IMG/VR virus record: IMGVR_UViG_3300034989_000018
Origin: an uncultured virus (IMG/VR IMGVR_UViG_3300034989_000018)
Taxonomy: Duplodnaviria > Heunggongvirae > Uroviricota > Caudoviricetes
Reading direction: 5' to 3' (one strand)
Length of the DNA stretch: 64,000 nucleotides
The notes beneath the pieces are model-generated. The model saw only the letters and a program-made list of their open reading frames with translations, had not been told where the DNA came from and searched no databases. This document shows, one piece after another, positions 39,279 to 49,025 of this stretch. Both the position numbers and the translations under genes were made by a program. The number at the start of each line of letters is the position of its first letter. The first letter of the stretch is position 1.

Positions 39279-39501
39279 TGGAAAATCATATTTTAAATTA
39301 ATTTCAATAGATTTAGAAAGAGATAAGAGATTTGAAAATTTTATTTTAGTTTTTAGGTCTACGGATAGTTGTTTAAGAGAAAATATAACATTGAAAATGT
39401 ATTCTGAACAATTTGAAACAGCTAATATGCAAGTAGGAAAAATATATCAAATTAATATTAATGATTTTAAAGAATGCGATGGTGAAGAAGATGACAGTTA
39501 A
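39271..39501 (+). CDS. hypothetical protein
   Basis: GGGGAGG RBS. Confidence 0.6.
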   Translation: MIDGKSYFKLISIDLERDKRFENFILVFRSTDSCLRENITLKMYSEQFETANMQVGKIYQININDFKECDGEEDDS

Positions 39502-39916
39502 AGAACTGATTACCTTGTTAGAAGGTAATGAATATGGAGGTGCTGTAGGTAAAGAAAGGGTTATTAATGTATATGTAAATGGAAAGTATTATCCAGAACC
39601 AGAGATAACCCTTGATGGTTGGGGTGATGGTTTAGTTACTGAAATAACAATAAATATAAAAGGTAATGAAAGGATGAAACTTGAATATGGAACAGAAGAA
39701 TTTTTTATAGGATTATATGAAAGTGAAAAACAAATAAAAGAAGATATAGATTATCTTATTAAACTTTGGGAATTAAGGAATCATGATTATCTTAATTTAG
39801 AAGTTTACCTTCTACAAGAATGTATAACAGTATCATGTAGACTAAAAGAAACTTTTAAAAAAAGGAATATGTTAAATAAAATGGAAAAGAAGGCACTACA
39901 TGATGAAAGAAGGTAA
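39491..39916 (+). CDS. hypothetical protein
   Basis: MTVKELI start common in phage small genes. Confidence 0.6.
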   Translation: MTVKELITLLEGNEYGGAVGKERVINVYVNGKYYPEPEITLDGWGDGLVTEITINIKGNERMKLEYGTEEFFIGLYESEKQIKEDIDYLIKLWELRNHDYLNLEVYLLQECITVSCRLKETFKKRNMLNKMEKKALHDERR

Positions 39917-39919
39917 TAC

Positions 39920-40201
39920 ATGATGAAAGATGTGATAAAAGAAATAGAGAAAGATGAAATATACTCACTTTGTATTAATTTTGTATCACATACAGGTTCA
40001 ATATTAGACGGGACTAATAAATTTACATTGGATAAATGGGGAGAAAATTTTACAAGTTCTAAATTTTCAGATGCTTTTCTTGAAGAATTTTTTCAATTGT
40101 TGAAAAAGTATTATGTAGGTTATTATCAACATGGGTATAATCTTGTCACTTTAATTTCAATAGATAAAGAAAAACAAAAGGAAGAAGGGGATTCACAATG
40201 A
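39920..40201 (+). CDS. hypothetical protein
   Basis: Operon gene. Confidence 0.6.
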   Translation: MMKDVIKEIEKDEIYSLCINFVSHTGSILDGTNKFTLDKWGENFTSSKFSDAFLEEFFQLLKKYYVGYYQHGYNLVTLISIDKEKQKEEGDSQ

Positions 40202-40473
40202 ATAAACAAGAATTATTAAATAAATTAAAAGATAAAGTATTTGAAATATCTAAAAGTCAAGGGTTTTTAACTTATTTATACAAAGATATTAAATATACTT
40301 ATGGTGTTTCAGTATTTGATGAAAAAATTATATTCAACGTATTTGAAGTTAAAAAGAAATTATTTGGTAAACAAGACTATAAAGCAATAAAATTATATGA
40401 ACTAACTCAAAAAGAATTTGAAATATTGATGTATAATACACTTCAAAATTTTATTGAAAAAAATAAGATATAA
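40198..40473 (+). CDS. hypothetical protein
   Basis: ATGA overlap. Confidence 0.6.
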   Translation: MNKQELLNKLKDKVFEISKSQGFLTYLYKDIKYTYGVSVFDEKIIFNVFEVKKKLFGKQDYKAIKLYELTQKEFEILMYNTLQNFIEKNKI

Positions 40474-40484
40474 GGAGATTTACA

Positions 40485-40889
40485 ATGAATAGATTTAAAC
40501 ATGTTGAAGCATATTGTTTTATGGAATATACATGTGAAAAAAACCATAAACATATTGAAATATTATGGAATTCTAGGGATGGTGTTACACCATTTGTAAT
40601 ACAATGCAATCAATGTGATGGCATGATGCAACATAGCAATTGGCAACATGATACAAGATATATTACAAATACTTTAAACCATTTGAAAGATGGCCAAAGA
40701 TATTTTGTTGATATAGATGAAAAATTATATATTAAAAATATTAAAAAATTAATTGAAGAATATAAATCAGATGAAGAATATATAAAATATTTAAAAAGTA
40801 ATATATATAAAGCATTAAATGGCAGATTTAGAGAAGTTGTAAATCTGGGTGAACCAGGAATAAAAACATATAAGAAAGAGGTAATATAA
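40485..40889 (+). CDS. conserved phage zinc-binding hypothetical protein
   Basis: EAYCFMEYTC...WNSRDGVTPFVIQCNQC. Confidence 0.7.
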   Translation: MNRFKHVEAYCFMEYTCEKNHKHIEILWNSRDGVTPFVIQCNQCDGMMQHSNWQHDTRYITNTLNHLKDGQRYFVDIDEKLYIKNIKKLIEEYKSDEEYIKYLKSNIYKALNGRFREVVNLGEPGIKTYKKEVI

Positions 40890-41491
40890 TGAGAAAAATA
40901 CCAACATTATTTAAACGTGACCCAGAAACAGGATTAGTTACCCAGGAAATTACACCTGGATATGAATGGGTTGTTGAAGATTCTAAAAATACTATAGCTA
41001 CTAGACAATATGATGGAATAACATGTCTTATTAAACGTGATAGGATTTATAAAAGATATGATTGTAAGAAAGGTGAAAATCCACCAGCGGGTTTTATTCC
41101 TGCACAAGAACCAGATAAAATAACTGGACATTATCCAGGATGGTTAGAATGTAATCCTAATAATCCAGAAGATAAATATTATTTTGAAGGATTATTGAAT
41201 TTATATGAAACTGAGGCTCAATATGATACTTTTTATAGATTTTTTAATAGTACTTATGAATTAATAGGTGAAAAAATACGAGGGAATCCAGAAAATATTA
41301 TGGGACACCAATTAATATTACATGGTCGTGAAATAATTCAAATAGGTAAGATATCTTATAATACTATAAAAGAATATCTTAAAATAACTGATATAGAAGG
41401 TATAATTTTCTATTATGGTAATATATGTGCTGCGTATGCTACCATGTGTAAAATTAAAAAGAAAGATTTTGGATTCAAGAGAGGTAATTAA
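40889..41491 (+). CDS. RNA ligase-like protein (DUF5565/Rlig1-like) with motif-I Lys replaced by Gln
   Basis: MRKIPTLFKR...ATRQYDG...KRYD...TYELIGEKIRGNP...IEGIIF...KIKKKDF. Confidence 0.7.
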   Translation: MRKIPTLFKRDPETGLVTQEITPGYEWVVEDSKNTIATRQYDGITCLIKRDRIYKRYDCKKGENPPAGFIPAQEPDKITGHYPGWLECNPNNPEDKYYFEGLLNLYETEAQYDTFYRFFNSTYELIGEKIRGNPENIMGHQLILHGREIIQIGKISYNTIKEYLKITDIEGIIFYYGNICAAYATMCKIKKKDFGFKRGN

Positions 41492-41613
41492 ATATCAAAA
41501 AAAGTTTAATAATGATAATATCCATTTTGGTGTTGACATATCCATTATGGTATTATATAATAATATTAGAGGTCATGAGTTAACCTAATTACACTTAGAA
41601 AGGAGTATAACAA

Positions 41614-41787
41614 ATGGGGTTTTTTAAAATACAATGTGAAATTACAAGTTGCCCATATCAGGAACCATCTAAAAACGGTGGATATTGTAACAAAGGAATT
41701 TTTGATAAGTGCCCACAAACTACACGACCAGGTAATGAGAGAGTTAAAGATTATCACAATAAAAGACGTAACAAGTATAAAAAATAA
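41614..41787 (+). CDS. small Cys-rich hypothetical protein (57 aa)
   Basis: AAAGGAG RBS; promoter TTGACA-17-TATAAT at 41533; MGFFKIQCEITSCPY... Confidence 0.55.
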   Translation: MGFFKIQCEITSCPYQEPSKNGGYCNKGIFDKCPQTTRPGNERVKDYHNKRRNKYKK

Positions 41788-41839
41788 GTAACTGGTGGGA
41801 TACAAACCCACCTGTTTTTAATAAAGGGGGTAATTTTCA

Positions 41840-42301
41840 TTGAATAATAAATTTATTTTAGATGTATGTTGTGGAAGTAAAATGTTTTATTTTGATAAAA
41901 ACAATAAAAATACTGTGTATATGGATAATAGAGAATATGAAGATATTCTTTGTGATGGCCGAAATTTAGAAGTAAATCCTGATGTAATAGGTGATTTTAG
42001 AAATATCCCATATGAAAACAATTCTTTTAGATTAGTCGTGTTCGACCCTCCTCATTTATTACGAGCTGGTGAGAAAAGTTGGTTAGCGAAAAAATATGGA
42101 AAATTAAATGAAAATTGGAAAGAAGATATAAAAACAGGGTTTTCTGAATGCTTTAGAGTTTTAGAAAACCATGGTATTTTAATTTTTAAATGGAATGAAG
42201 AACAAATTAAGTTAAAAGAAATATTAAAATTAACTCAACATGAGCCTCTTCTAGGAAATAAACGAAATAAAACTCATTGGATAGTATTTATAAAAATATA
42301 G
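41840..42301 (+). CDS. class I SAM-dependent (putative DNA) methyltransferase
   Basis: ILDVCCGSKMF SAM-binding motif; VFDPPH catalytic motif; LIFKWNE. Confidence 0.88.
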   Translation: MNNKFILDVCCGSKMFYFDKNNKNTVYMDNREYEDILCDGRNLEVNPDVIGDFRNIPYENNSFRLVVFDPPHLLRAGEKSWLAKKYGKLNENWKEDIKTGFSECFRVLENHGILIFKWNEEQIKLKEILKLTQHEPLLGNKRNKTHWIVFIKI

Positions 42302-42311
42302 GAGTGGTATT

Positions 42312-42566
42312 ATGTATAAAATAAAATCAGACGAACTAAGATTATTTATTAAAAATAAAGGCTTCACAATAAAAGCAATTTCAAAAAGTATGAGTTTACA
42401 GCCTACTAGTTTAAGTCGTAAAATAGCCAATGATAGAAAATTTACGATTAACGATCTAATAATGATCTGTGAGATCGTCAACATTGATATCTGCGACTTT
42501 ATAAAAAATTTTTTAATTAAAGAAATTAATGTAGAAGCTGAAATTATTAAAAAAGGAGATAATTAA
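42312..42566 (+). CDS. XRE/Cro-like HTH regulator
   Basis: KGFTIKAISKSMSLQPTSLSRKI...FTINDL. Confidence 0.75.
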   Translation: MYKIKSDELRLFIKNKGFTIKAISKSMSLQPTSLSRKIANDRKFTINDLIMICEIVNIDICDFIKNFLIKEINVEAEIIKKGDN

Positions 42567-42567
42567 A

Positions 42568-42744
42568 ATGACATATTGTGATAGATGTGATGGTGATTTA
42601 ATATACATTAGTGCTGATGATACGTGGTTATATTACAGATGTATTGACTGTGAGAATAATATGAAATTCAGTAAAAAAAGAATAAAAGAAAAAGAAGAAG
42701 AAGAATATGAAAGATTAAAAGAAGAAAAAAAGAAATATAGATAA
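42568..42744 (+). CDS. small zinc-ribbon protein (58 aa)
   Basis: CDRC...CIDC; AAGGAG RBS. Confidence 0.55.
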   Translation: MTYCDRCDGDLIYISADDTWLYYRCIDCENNMKFSKKRIKEKEEEEYERLKEEKKKYR

Positions 42745-42763
42745 TGAAAGAGAGGCGAATTAA

Positions 42764-42973
42764 ATGAAAAATGATTATATGTGGTATAAATCAAAGAAAA
42801 TTTGCATTCAATGCAAAAAGAAAAAAGCCCATAAAAACAGGGTAAGATGTTTGAATTGCCTTGAAAAAGATAGCTTATATAGATACATAAAAAGAAATGA
42901 AGGTGAATTAAATGTCAAATATAAGAAAGATATGGATATTAAAAGAAAAAATAAGACTAAAAAATATGATTAG
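42764..42973 (+). CDS. small zinc-finger protein
   Basis: CIQC...CLNC. Confidence 0.6.
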   Translation: MKNDYMWYKSKKICIQCKKKKAHKNRVRCLNCLEKDSLYRYIKRNEGELNVKYKKDMDIKRKNKTKKYD

Positions 42974-43273
42974 ATTATTTGATTATATGCTATCTCAATA
43001 CCATGCTATGTATGGAGATGAGACAAGATTAGGGGTTCTGGAAGCATATAAGAATAATCTAATCAATCGCGAATATGCAATTAGAGAATTGCAAGAATTG
43101 GAGGAAAATTAAATTATGAAATTTAAAATTCCTTGAACCAAAAAGTTATAAATTTGCTAAAAAAATTGAAATAGTTGATTTAATGGAAAAAATTTTAAAT
43201 CATAATAAACTAAATCAAATATCAATTTTTGATATTGATATGAAAATTAATTAATGAAAAAGAGGTAATATAA

Positions 43274-43561
43274 ATGTCAAATGAATTAAAAAAGAAGTTT
43301 AAAATCGGTGACAAAGTAAAAATTAAAAAATGTGATGAAGATTTATTTTTCATTGCCGGAATACATAATCATATGACAAAAGAAGCTATAAAAATATATT
43401 TTAGTATTGCTCTTATCACCTTTAAAATTGATAGTTGTTGGAAAGAAGAATTAATCGGTGAGATTTATTTAGTAGGAAAAGAAAATCATTATATTATTAA
43501 AAGTGAAAGTAAATATCATGTATTTTGTAATGATTATGAAGAAATGGAGTTAATGATATAA
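43274..43561 (+). CDS. hypothetical protein (KOW/SH3-like start)
   Basis: KFKIGDKVKIK. Confidence 0.6.
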   Translation: MSNELKKKFKIGDKVKIKKCDEDLFFIAGIHNHMTKEAIKIYFSIALITFKIDSCWKEELIGEIYLVGKENHYIIKSESKYHVFCNDYEEMELMI

Positions 43562-43890
43562 ATGTTAAGAAGAGTATTAATTTTTAATAATAAAACAAAA
43601 GAAGTATTATATGAAGGATATTTAATACAATTTATAAATGATAAAGATGATTTTTATGCACTTGTTGAGCTGGATGATGGTACTATAATTATTCCATATA
43701 TTCAAAATATTAAATTTAAATATCCAACTGAGGTGTAAAATTATGAAAGAATGTAAATATACAATTCCTAAAGAAATATCATTACACGATAACCGGTGTT
43801 GGTTTGGCTATTGTATTTATTGCAACAAATATATAAATTTTTGCGAATATTTAAATAAATATATTTGTTGTGATTGTTGCAATTTAAAAG

Positions 43891-43929
43891 AAAAAAAACC
43901 TAGTTTTTAATTATCTAGGTTTTTTTTTC
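43891..43929. terminator. bidirectional terminator
   Basis: A-run-CCTAG/CTAGG-T-run between convergent genes. Confidence 0.7.
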
Positions 43930-45417
43930 TTATTTTGCAACTTTTTCATTTGTTTTATTATTTATTCTTGTTCTTCTAGTTGTAGTATTTTCTGTAAATG
44001 CTAAACCATCATTTACTAAATTTTTTCTGACCTTTTTCCAATCATTATCTTTAGTAATTAAATGTTTGAAAGTTTTTTTTGATATGACTTCATTTTCTTT
44101 TAAAGCTTTTACTTGATTTTTAATAATTGCATATTTATCCCAAAATGTTAATTCCTCAGGTTCTAAATTATCTTTAAAAAATTTTAAGCTATCTTTAAAA
44201 TTTTTAGGATTATCCTTAGAATTTTTTAGGCTATCCTTAAAATTTTCAGGATTATCCTTAGAATTTTTTAAGCTATCCTTAAAATTTTTAGGATCATCTT
44301 TAAATGTTTTTGACTTATCCTTAAAATTAATTGAATGTTTTAGGTTATCCTTAAAATTTTCTGGGTTATCCTTAAAATTTTTAGGCTTATCTTTATCTTG
44401 ACTAGAAATTCCTAGTATACCTTTGGTATCACTTGTTTCTAGCTGTTTTTTATCCTTAAAATTCTCAGGCTTGCTTAGGCTACTTATATTATTATCCTTA
44501 AAATTTTTAGGATTATCTTTAAAATCATTTAAAATTTCTAAGCTATACTCAGATGGTTTAAGGTTATCCTTAAAATTTTCTGGGTTATCCTTAAAAAATT
44601 TTAGGTTATCCTTAAAATTTTCTGAGTTATCCTTAAAAATTTTTAGGTTATCCTTAAAATTTTCTGGGTTATCCTTAAAAAATTTTAGGTTATCCTTAAA
44701 ATTTTTTCTTATCTCAAAATATGGTTTCATTAATTTTATCCTCAACCAATCAAAAAAAATTGTTTTTAACATATGCAAGATTGATATTTTATCCTGCATT
44801 TCATTTTCGATAGGTGTAGTAAAATTTTTATGTTTTTTATCGTGTTTTAAAGTATTTATTGTTATAATACTAATATCAAGCATAATACATATTAAAATAG
44901 TAACTATCTTACCTATTAAAGGTGTATCTAATCTTATTACTTTAATTAAGGTGTTATAATTTCCAATGATACTAATAGGGACTAGTATCATTGTTATCAT
45001 ATTTATAACACCATAACTTTTATTAAAATATAAATATACCTGAGTCTTAATAGCAGCTACATAAAAAGTAAGTATTTGAATAATTGTTAAAATTACTATT
45101 AAGGTAATTGATAGAAAACTAACATAAAACAATCCATATCCCATAGGTGTTAATATAATAGAAGACAGCATCAATAAAAATAATAAAACTGTCATAAATT
45201 TAGTATTAGCTATACTTTCAAGATAATTTAATTTAGATTCTACTTTATCATGTTCTATTTTTAAATTAAAATTTTCTATTTCATTTTGTTTTAATTCAGT
45301 TTCAAACATTAAATTTTCTATTCTATTTTTTACATTTGTTTTTCTTATATCATTTTTAAATTTGTTGCAAAAATCTATTAAACTTACTACTACATTAGGT
45401 TTTTCTTTTTTATCCAT
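43930..45417 (-). CDS. multi-pass membrane protein with heptapeptide (xxNFKDN) repeats
   Basis: Four hydrophobic helices then about twenty FKDN-type repeats; GAAGGTG RBS before ATG 45417. Confidence 0.8.
   Translation of the reverse strand: MDKKEKPNVVVSLIDFCNKFKNDIRKTNVKNRIENLMFETELKQNEIENFNLKIEHDKVESKLNYLESIANTKFMTVLLFLLMLSSIILTPMGYGLFYVSFLSITLIVILTIIQILTFYVAAIKTQVYLYFNKSYGVINMITMILVPISIIGNYNTLIKVIRLDTPLIGKIVTILICIMLDISIITINTLKHDKKHKNFTTPIENEMQDKISILHMLKTIFFDWLRIKLMKPYFEIRKNFKDNLKFFKDNPENFKDNLKIFKDNSENFKDNLKFFKDNPENFKDNLKPSEYSLEILNDFKDNPKNFKDNNISSLSKPENFKDKKQLETSDTKGILGISSQDKDKPKNFKDNPENFKDNLKHSINFKDKSKTFKDDPKNFKDSLKNSKDNPENFKDSLKNSKDNPKNFKDSLKFFKDNLEPEELTFWDKYAIIKNQVKALKENEVISKKTFKHLITKDNDWKKVRKNLVNDGLAFTENTTTRRTRINNKTNEKVAK
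44161..44705. repeat. 21-bp coding tandem repeats
   Basis: TTATCCTTAAAATTTTCTGGG / TTATCCTTAAAAAATTTTAGG units in two blocks. Confidence 0.9.
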
Positions 45418-45598
45418 TAATTTCACCTTCTTCATCATAATTGACATATCTTTCGTTATATTTGTACTTTTTTATGTCTTTAATTTCTTTGCCTTTAGTT
45501 TTATATAAGTTTTCAATAGCTTTATTATTCGTAGATTCAATAAAAAATGTCTTACTACCAGTAACAAAAGCAAACAGAGCTTTTATTGTTTTTTTCAT
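45410..45598 (-). CDS. small hypothetical protein
   Basis: Overlaps both neighbours in the minus-strand operon. Confidence 0.6.
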   Translation of the reverse strand: MKKTIKALFAFVTGSKTFFIESTNNKAIENLYKTKGKEIKDIKKYKYNERYVNYDEEGEING

Positions 45599-45747
45599 TC
45601 CTTAACACCTTCCTTTTTTTTACCTATACTACTTAATAAATGTCTATAAGCTTCAGCCTTAGTAGTTAAATTATTTTTCCTTTGATATTCAACAATATTA
45701 TCCTGTTGATCTTTAGTAATTCTTATCAACTCTTTTATAAGTTTCAT
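45595..45747 (-). CDS. small ribbon-helix-helix (CopG-like) protein (50 aa)
   Basis: MKLIKELIRITKDQQDNIVEYQRKNNLTTKAEAYRHLLSIG; AAAGGAAG RBS; ATGA overlap. Confidence 0.55.
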   Translation of the reverse strand: MKLIKELIRITKDQQDNIVEYQRKNNLTTKAEAYRHLLSSIGKKKEGVKE

Positions 45748-46128
45748 TAAATACACTTCCTTTCTTCATAATAATTATCAACCTCTTTATGCATCCTGTC
45801 TTAGCTTCCTTCTTTTCTTTAATTTTATAGTATAACTAATGTATATCTAAAATATATCTAAAATATATCATATATATAAGTCATATGTCAATTTAAAAAC
45901 AATTAGTAAAAAAATATATGAAATATTTATTTTTTTTTTTTTGCTAGGTTTAAAAATTCTTGCTAGGATATTGAAATTGCATCTAGCAAAGCTTTTTATT
46001 CTTTGCTAGGTTTAATTTTGCAATGAACCTAGTAAAAACATCAATTTACATTATTTTTACAAAATACTTGACATACTGTAATTATTGTAATAATATTATA
46101 TTACTAACAATACAAAGGAGGATTTAAG

Positions 46129-46674
46129 ATGAATAAGACAATTAAATTTTATTATCAATTTATACCACCATGTAATTGGTATAGTAATTGCAGAATGATA
46201 TTAAAAGATAATTCATGGAATGAAGTTAGAAAACAAGTAATAAAAGAACATGATAATAAATGTTATTGGTGTAATGAAAAAATGAAAGGATTACATTGTC
46301 ATGAAGTATTTGTATTTGAAAATGATATACAAGTATTAAAAGAATTTATACCATTATGTCCTACATGTCATGAAGCTACACATATACGGCAAACAGTTTT
46401 TAAATATTCTAATATACCAGATTATATTGAAAAGCATATAAAAAAGATTACAAATAAATCATGTAAAAGAGATATTTGTAATTTTATAAAAGATGTAAGA
46501 AAAGATTTAAAAAAATATATGTTAGATTTATCTTATGTAGTTAAATATGCTAAAGAAAAAAATATACCTTTAGAATCTGATTTTAAAAAATTAGATAAAT
46601 ATAATATAAAAGACTATATAACATTAAAACCATATAAAAATATGAAACTATTTAATTTTAGCAATTCTTATTAA
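46129..46674 (+). CDS. HNH endonuclease-like protein
   Basis: CYWC...LHCHE...LCPTCHEATH. Confidence 0.8.
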   Translation: MNKTIKFYYQFIPPCNWYSNCRMILKDNSWNEVRKQVIKEHDNKCYWCNEKMKGLHCHEVFVFENDIQVLKEFIPLCPTCHEATHIRQTVFKYSNIPDYIEKHIKKITNKSCKRDICNFIKDVRKDLKKYMLDLSYVVKYAKEKNIPLESDFKKLDKYNIKDYITLKPYKNMKLFNFSNSY

Positions 46675-46695
46675 AAATAAAGGAGTTGATTGAAG

Positions 46696-47106
46696 ATGAG
46701 TAAGACAATAAAGAAGATAATGAAATTATTGGAAAAAATGACACCTGAGCAACAAAAGAATGAATTGTTCAGGTTAGAACATAAGAATAAAGTAAATTGT
46801 GTAATATACTTAGAAGTTTTGAATAATGGTAAATTAAAAATATATGAGATAATGGAACAGCCTTGGATTGAATATGATATGTGGAACGACATAAATGATG
46901 AAGTTGAGAAATTAAAAAAATCAGGAATTGATATAACTAATAGCAATGTAATATTATTATATTCATGTTCAGTAACTGAGGATTTTGATTATTACTTAAA
47001 TTTAGTAGATTATTATATTATAGAAAAAAATATTGATGAGGATTATACATTAGAAGACATAGAAGAAGACATAGAAGAAGATGAACTTCCAGATAAATAT
47101 TTATAA
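46696..47106 (+). CDS. hypothetical protein
   Basis: AAGGAG RBS; acidic C-terminus. Confidence 0.65.
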   Translation: MSKTIKKIMKLLEKMTPEQQKNELFRLEHKNKVNCVIYLEVLNNGKLKIYEIMEQPWIEYDMWNDINDEVEKLKKSGIDITNSNVILLYSCSVTEDFDYYLNLVDYYIIEKNIDEDYTLEDIEEDIEEDELPDKYL

Positions 47107-47148
47107 AAAAGATTAAAAGAATAATGAAAACAATAAAGGAGTGATAAT

Positions 47149-47385
47149 ATGGCATATAGAGAAATGACATTACAAGAAAAAATAGAAGAATTAAATGAAA
47201 GTTTTACAAATAAATCTCCTAGTGAAGAACAGATTCAAAAGATTAAAAGTATCAGGGAGAGTTATAAAAAAACTGGTGAAACTATTTTAAAAAATTGCCC
47301 TAATTCACGTAATTTATCTATTGCTGTAACAGCTTTAGAAGAAAGTCTTCATAGGGCAATAAAAAGTATAATATTAGGAAAATAA
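47149..47385 (+). CDS. Acb2/Tad1-like helical-hairpin protein (putative anti-defence nucleotide sponge)
   Basis: FTNKSP...IRE...CPNSRNLSIAVTALEESLHRAIKSI resembles the CPxSRExSLAxTKLEE family. Confidence 0.6.
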   Translation: MAYREMTLQEKIEELNESFTNKSPSEEQIQKIKSIRESYKKTGETILKNCPNSRNLSIAVTALEESLHRAIKSIILGK

Positions 47386-47404
47386 AACGAGAGGGAGTAT
47401 TAAA

Positions 47405-47647
47405 ATGTTTACTAGAAAAAAATTAGAACAAAAATTAAACAAGGAATATAAAATATGTATAACTACAGTACGTTTATTACCATCGGGAGCAATTGAAACA
47501 ATTGTCAATTATCAAAATTTAGAGGATAAAAAAAAATATCTTTTAAGTGCGTATGATGAAAAATTAAGATTAAAGACAATGCAAGATATTATATTATTAG
47601 ATTGTATAGTTATTTCAAGATATGATGTTGATATGATGAAAAAATAG
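47405..47647 (+). CDS. conserved phage hypothetical protein
   Basis: VRLLPSGAIETIVN...KKKYLLSAYDEKLRLK. Confidence 0.65.
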   Translation: MFTRKKLEQKLNKEYKICITTVRLLPSGAIETIVNYQNLEDKKKYLLSAYDEKLRLKTMQDIILLDCIVISRYDVDMMKK

Positions 47648-47662
47648 AAAGGAAAAAATATC

Positions 47663-47848
47663 ATGGGTTGGTGTGCAATTGATTTTTGTAATGATGTGTG
47701 GAGTTTATTTAAAAAATATGTACCTAAAAAGCAGCAAAAAAGAGTAGCTAAAAAGCTAATTGAAATGTTCGAGGAATATGATATGGACGATATGTGTGGA
47801 GATTCAGAAGTAGAAATTGATGCAGGTATTAAATATGATGATGAATAA
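47663..47848 (+). CDS. small hypothetical protein
   Basis: MGWC...IEMFEEYDMD. Confidence 0.6.
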   Translation: MGWCAIDFCNDVWSLFKKYVPKKQQKRVAKKLIEMFEEYDMDDMCGDSEVEIDAGIKYDDE

Positions 47849-48170
47849 GAAATCTAAAGAGTCATTATTAACTTTTGTAATTGTTGCATTATCTGCAACA
47901 ATTACTTTTATATCGCCATATAAAACTTATATTCCTTTTTACATAATTATCTTGCTAGGTAGTAGATTGTTGGCAAAAATTATTTTGTTTTTCAAATAAA
48001 TTTGGCAAACAATTGTTCACATAGCAACAAAATAAACATTTATTTTTAATTAATTTACATTATTTAAAAAAATACTTGACATAATGTAAATAGTATAATA
48101 CGATTACCTTATTAAAATATATGAATTGTTCAGGTTAGAACATAAGAATAAAAGGAAAGGAATGTAACTG

Positions 48171-48449
48171 ATGGAATTATTTATAAATATAATTACAAAT
48201 TATATTGTTGTACTACCAATTTATTTAATAGGTTATTTTAAACTATCTGAAGATTATAAAATATTTAAAGATTTACTAATAATCTTATTTATGATTGTTA
48301 CGCCATGTATGACTATTGCTAAGCATGTATTTAATATACAAAGAAATATAATAAATACTATTATAATAATACTTATAATGTTTATTATTTCTTTACTATT
48401 AGTAATAATCAAACATATATTTTTTAGAAAGGAAGGTAATCAAAAATGA
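48171..48449 (+). CDS. small membrane protein
   Basis: Three hydrophobic segments; promoter at 48076. Confidence 0.6.
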   Translation: MELFINIITNYIVVLPIYLIGYFKLSEDYKIFKDLLIILFMIVTPCMTIAKHVFNIQRNIINTIIIILIMFIISLLLVIIKHIFFRKEGNQK

Positions 48450-48826
48450 ATAAAAAAATTAGAGATATAATAATAGCTTATGATCATAATCATGCAAGGT
48501 TTATTTCATGCCATAATCATGTAGATATAAGGAAAGCAATAGTATTCAAGCATCATGGAGAATCATCGGATTGTTTGAATGTTAAAGAAAATTTTACATA
48601 TCCTAATCCTAGATTAAATTCACAATTTCAACAATTAAAAGGGTATTCTGGAATATTTTGTTTCCATTTTGAACATTCAACATGTGAAATAATAGATACA
48701 CCTAGATTATGGGAATTGATTTATGATTTATTAACAGCTTATGATGTTAAATATCGCATTTTAGCAGATGAAACATTTGCTAGATTATTATCAAAAGTAT
48801 CAAAAGATATTGTAAAGAAAGGATGA
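48446..48826 (+). CDS. hypothetical protein
   Basis: ATGA overlap; His-rich. Confidence 0.65.
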   Translation: MNKKIRDIIIAYDHNHARFISCHNHVDIRKAIVFKHHGESSDCLNVKENFTYPNPRLNSQFQQLKGYSGIFCFHFEHSTCEIIDTPRLWELIYDLLTAYDVKYRILADETFARLLSKVSKDIVKKG

Positions 48827-49023
48827 TAAAAATGAGAGAATTAAAAACAGGCAATGTTAAAAGTATGAAGAATAAACAAAATGCAATAAACAGTTCGAAG
48901 AATTCAAAAAAGAAAAAATATAATTTTTGTAAATATTGTGGTACATTTACAAAAGACACAGTAAAACAATGGTGTACTAATTTACATCATGAGTTCAATA
49001 AAAAACATTATAAAGGAGATTGA
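48823..49023 (+). CDS. small hypothetical protein
   Basis: Operon gene with CxxC. Confidence 0.5.
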   Translation: MIKMRELKTGNVKSMKNKQNAINSSKNSKKKKYNFCKYCGTFTKDTVKQWCTNLHHEFNKKHYKGD

Positions 49024-49025
49024 TA

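Noticed and set aside
44161..44705. Possible CRISPR array
   Set aside because: The 21-bp units abut without unique spacers and stay in frame inside a membrane-protein ORF; no cas genes seen
44423..44959. 178-aa plus-strand ORF with LSLKF repeats
   Set aside because: Antisense shadow of the FKDN repeat gene; no RBS
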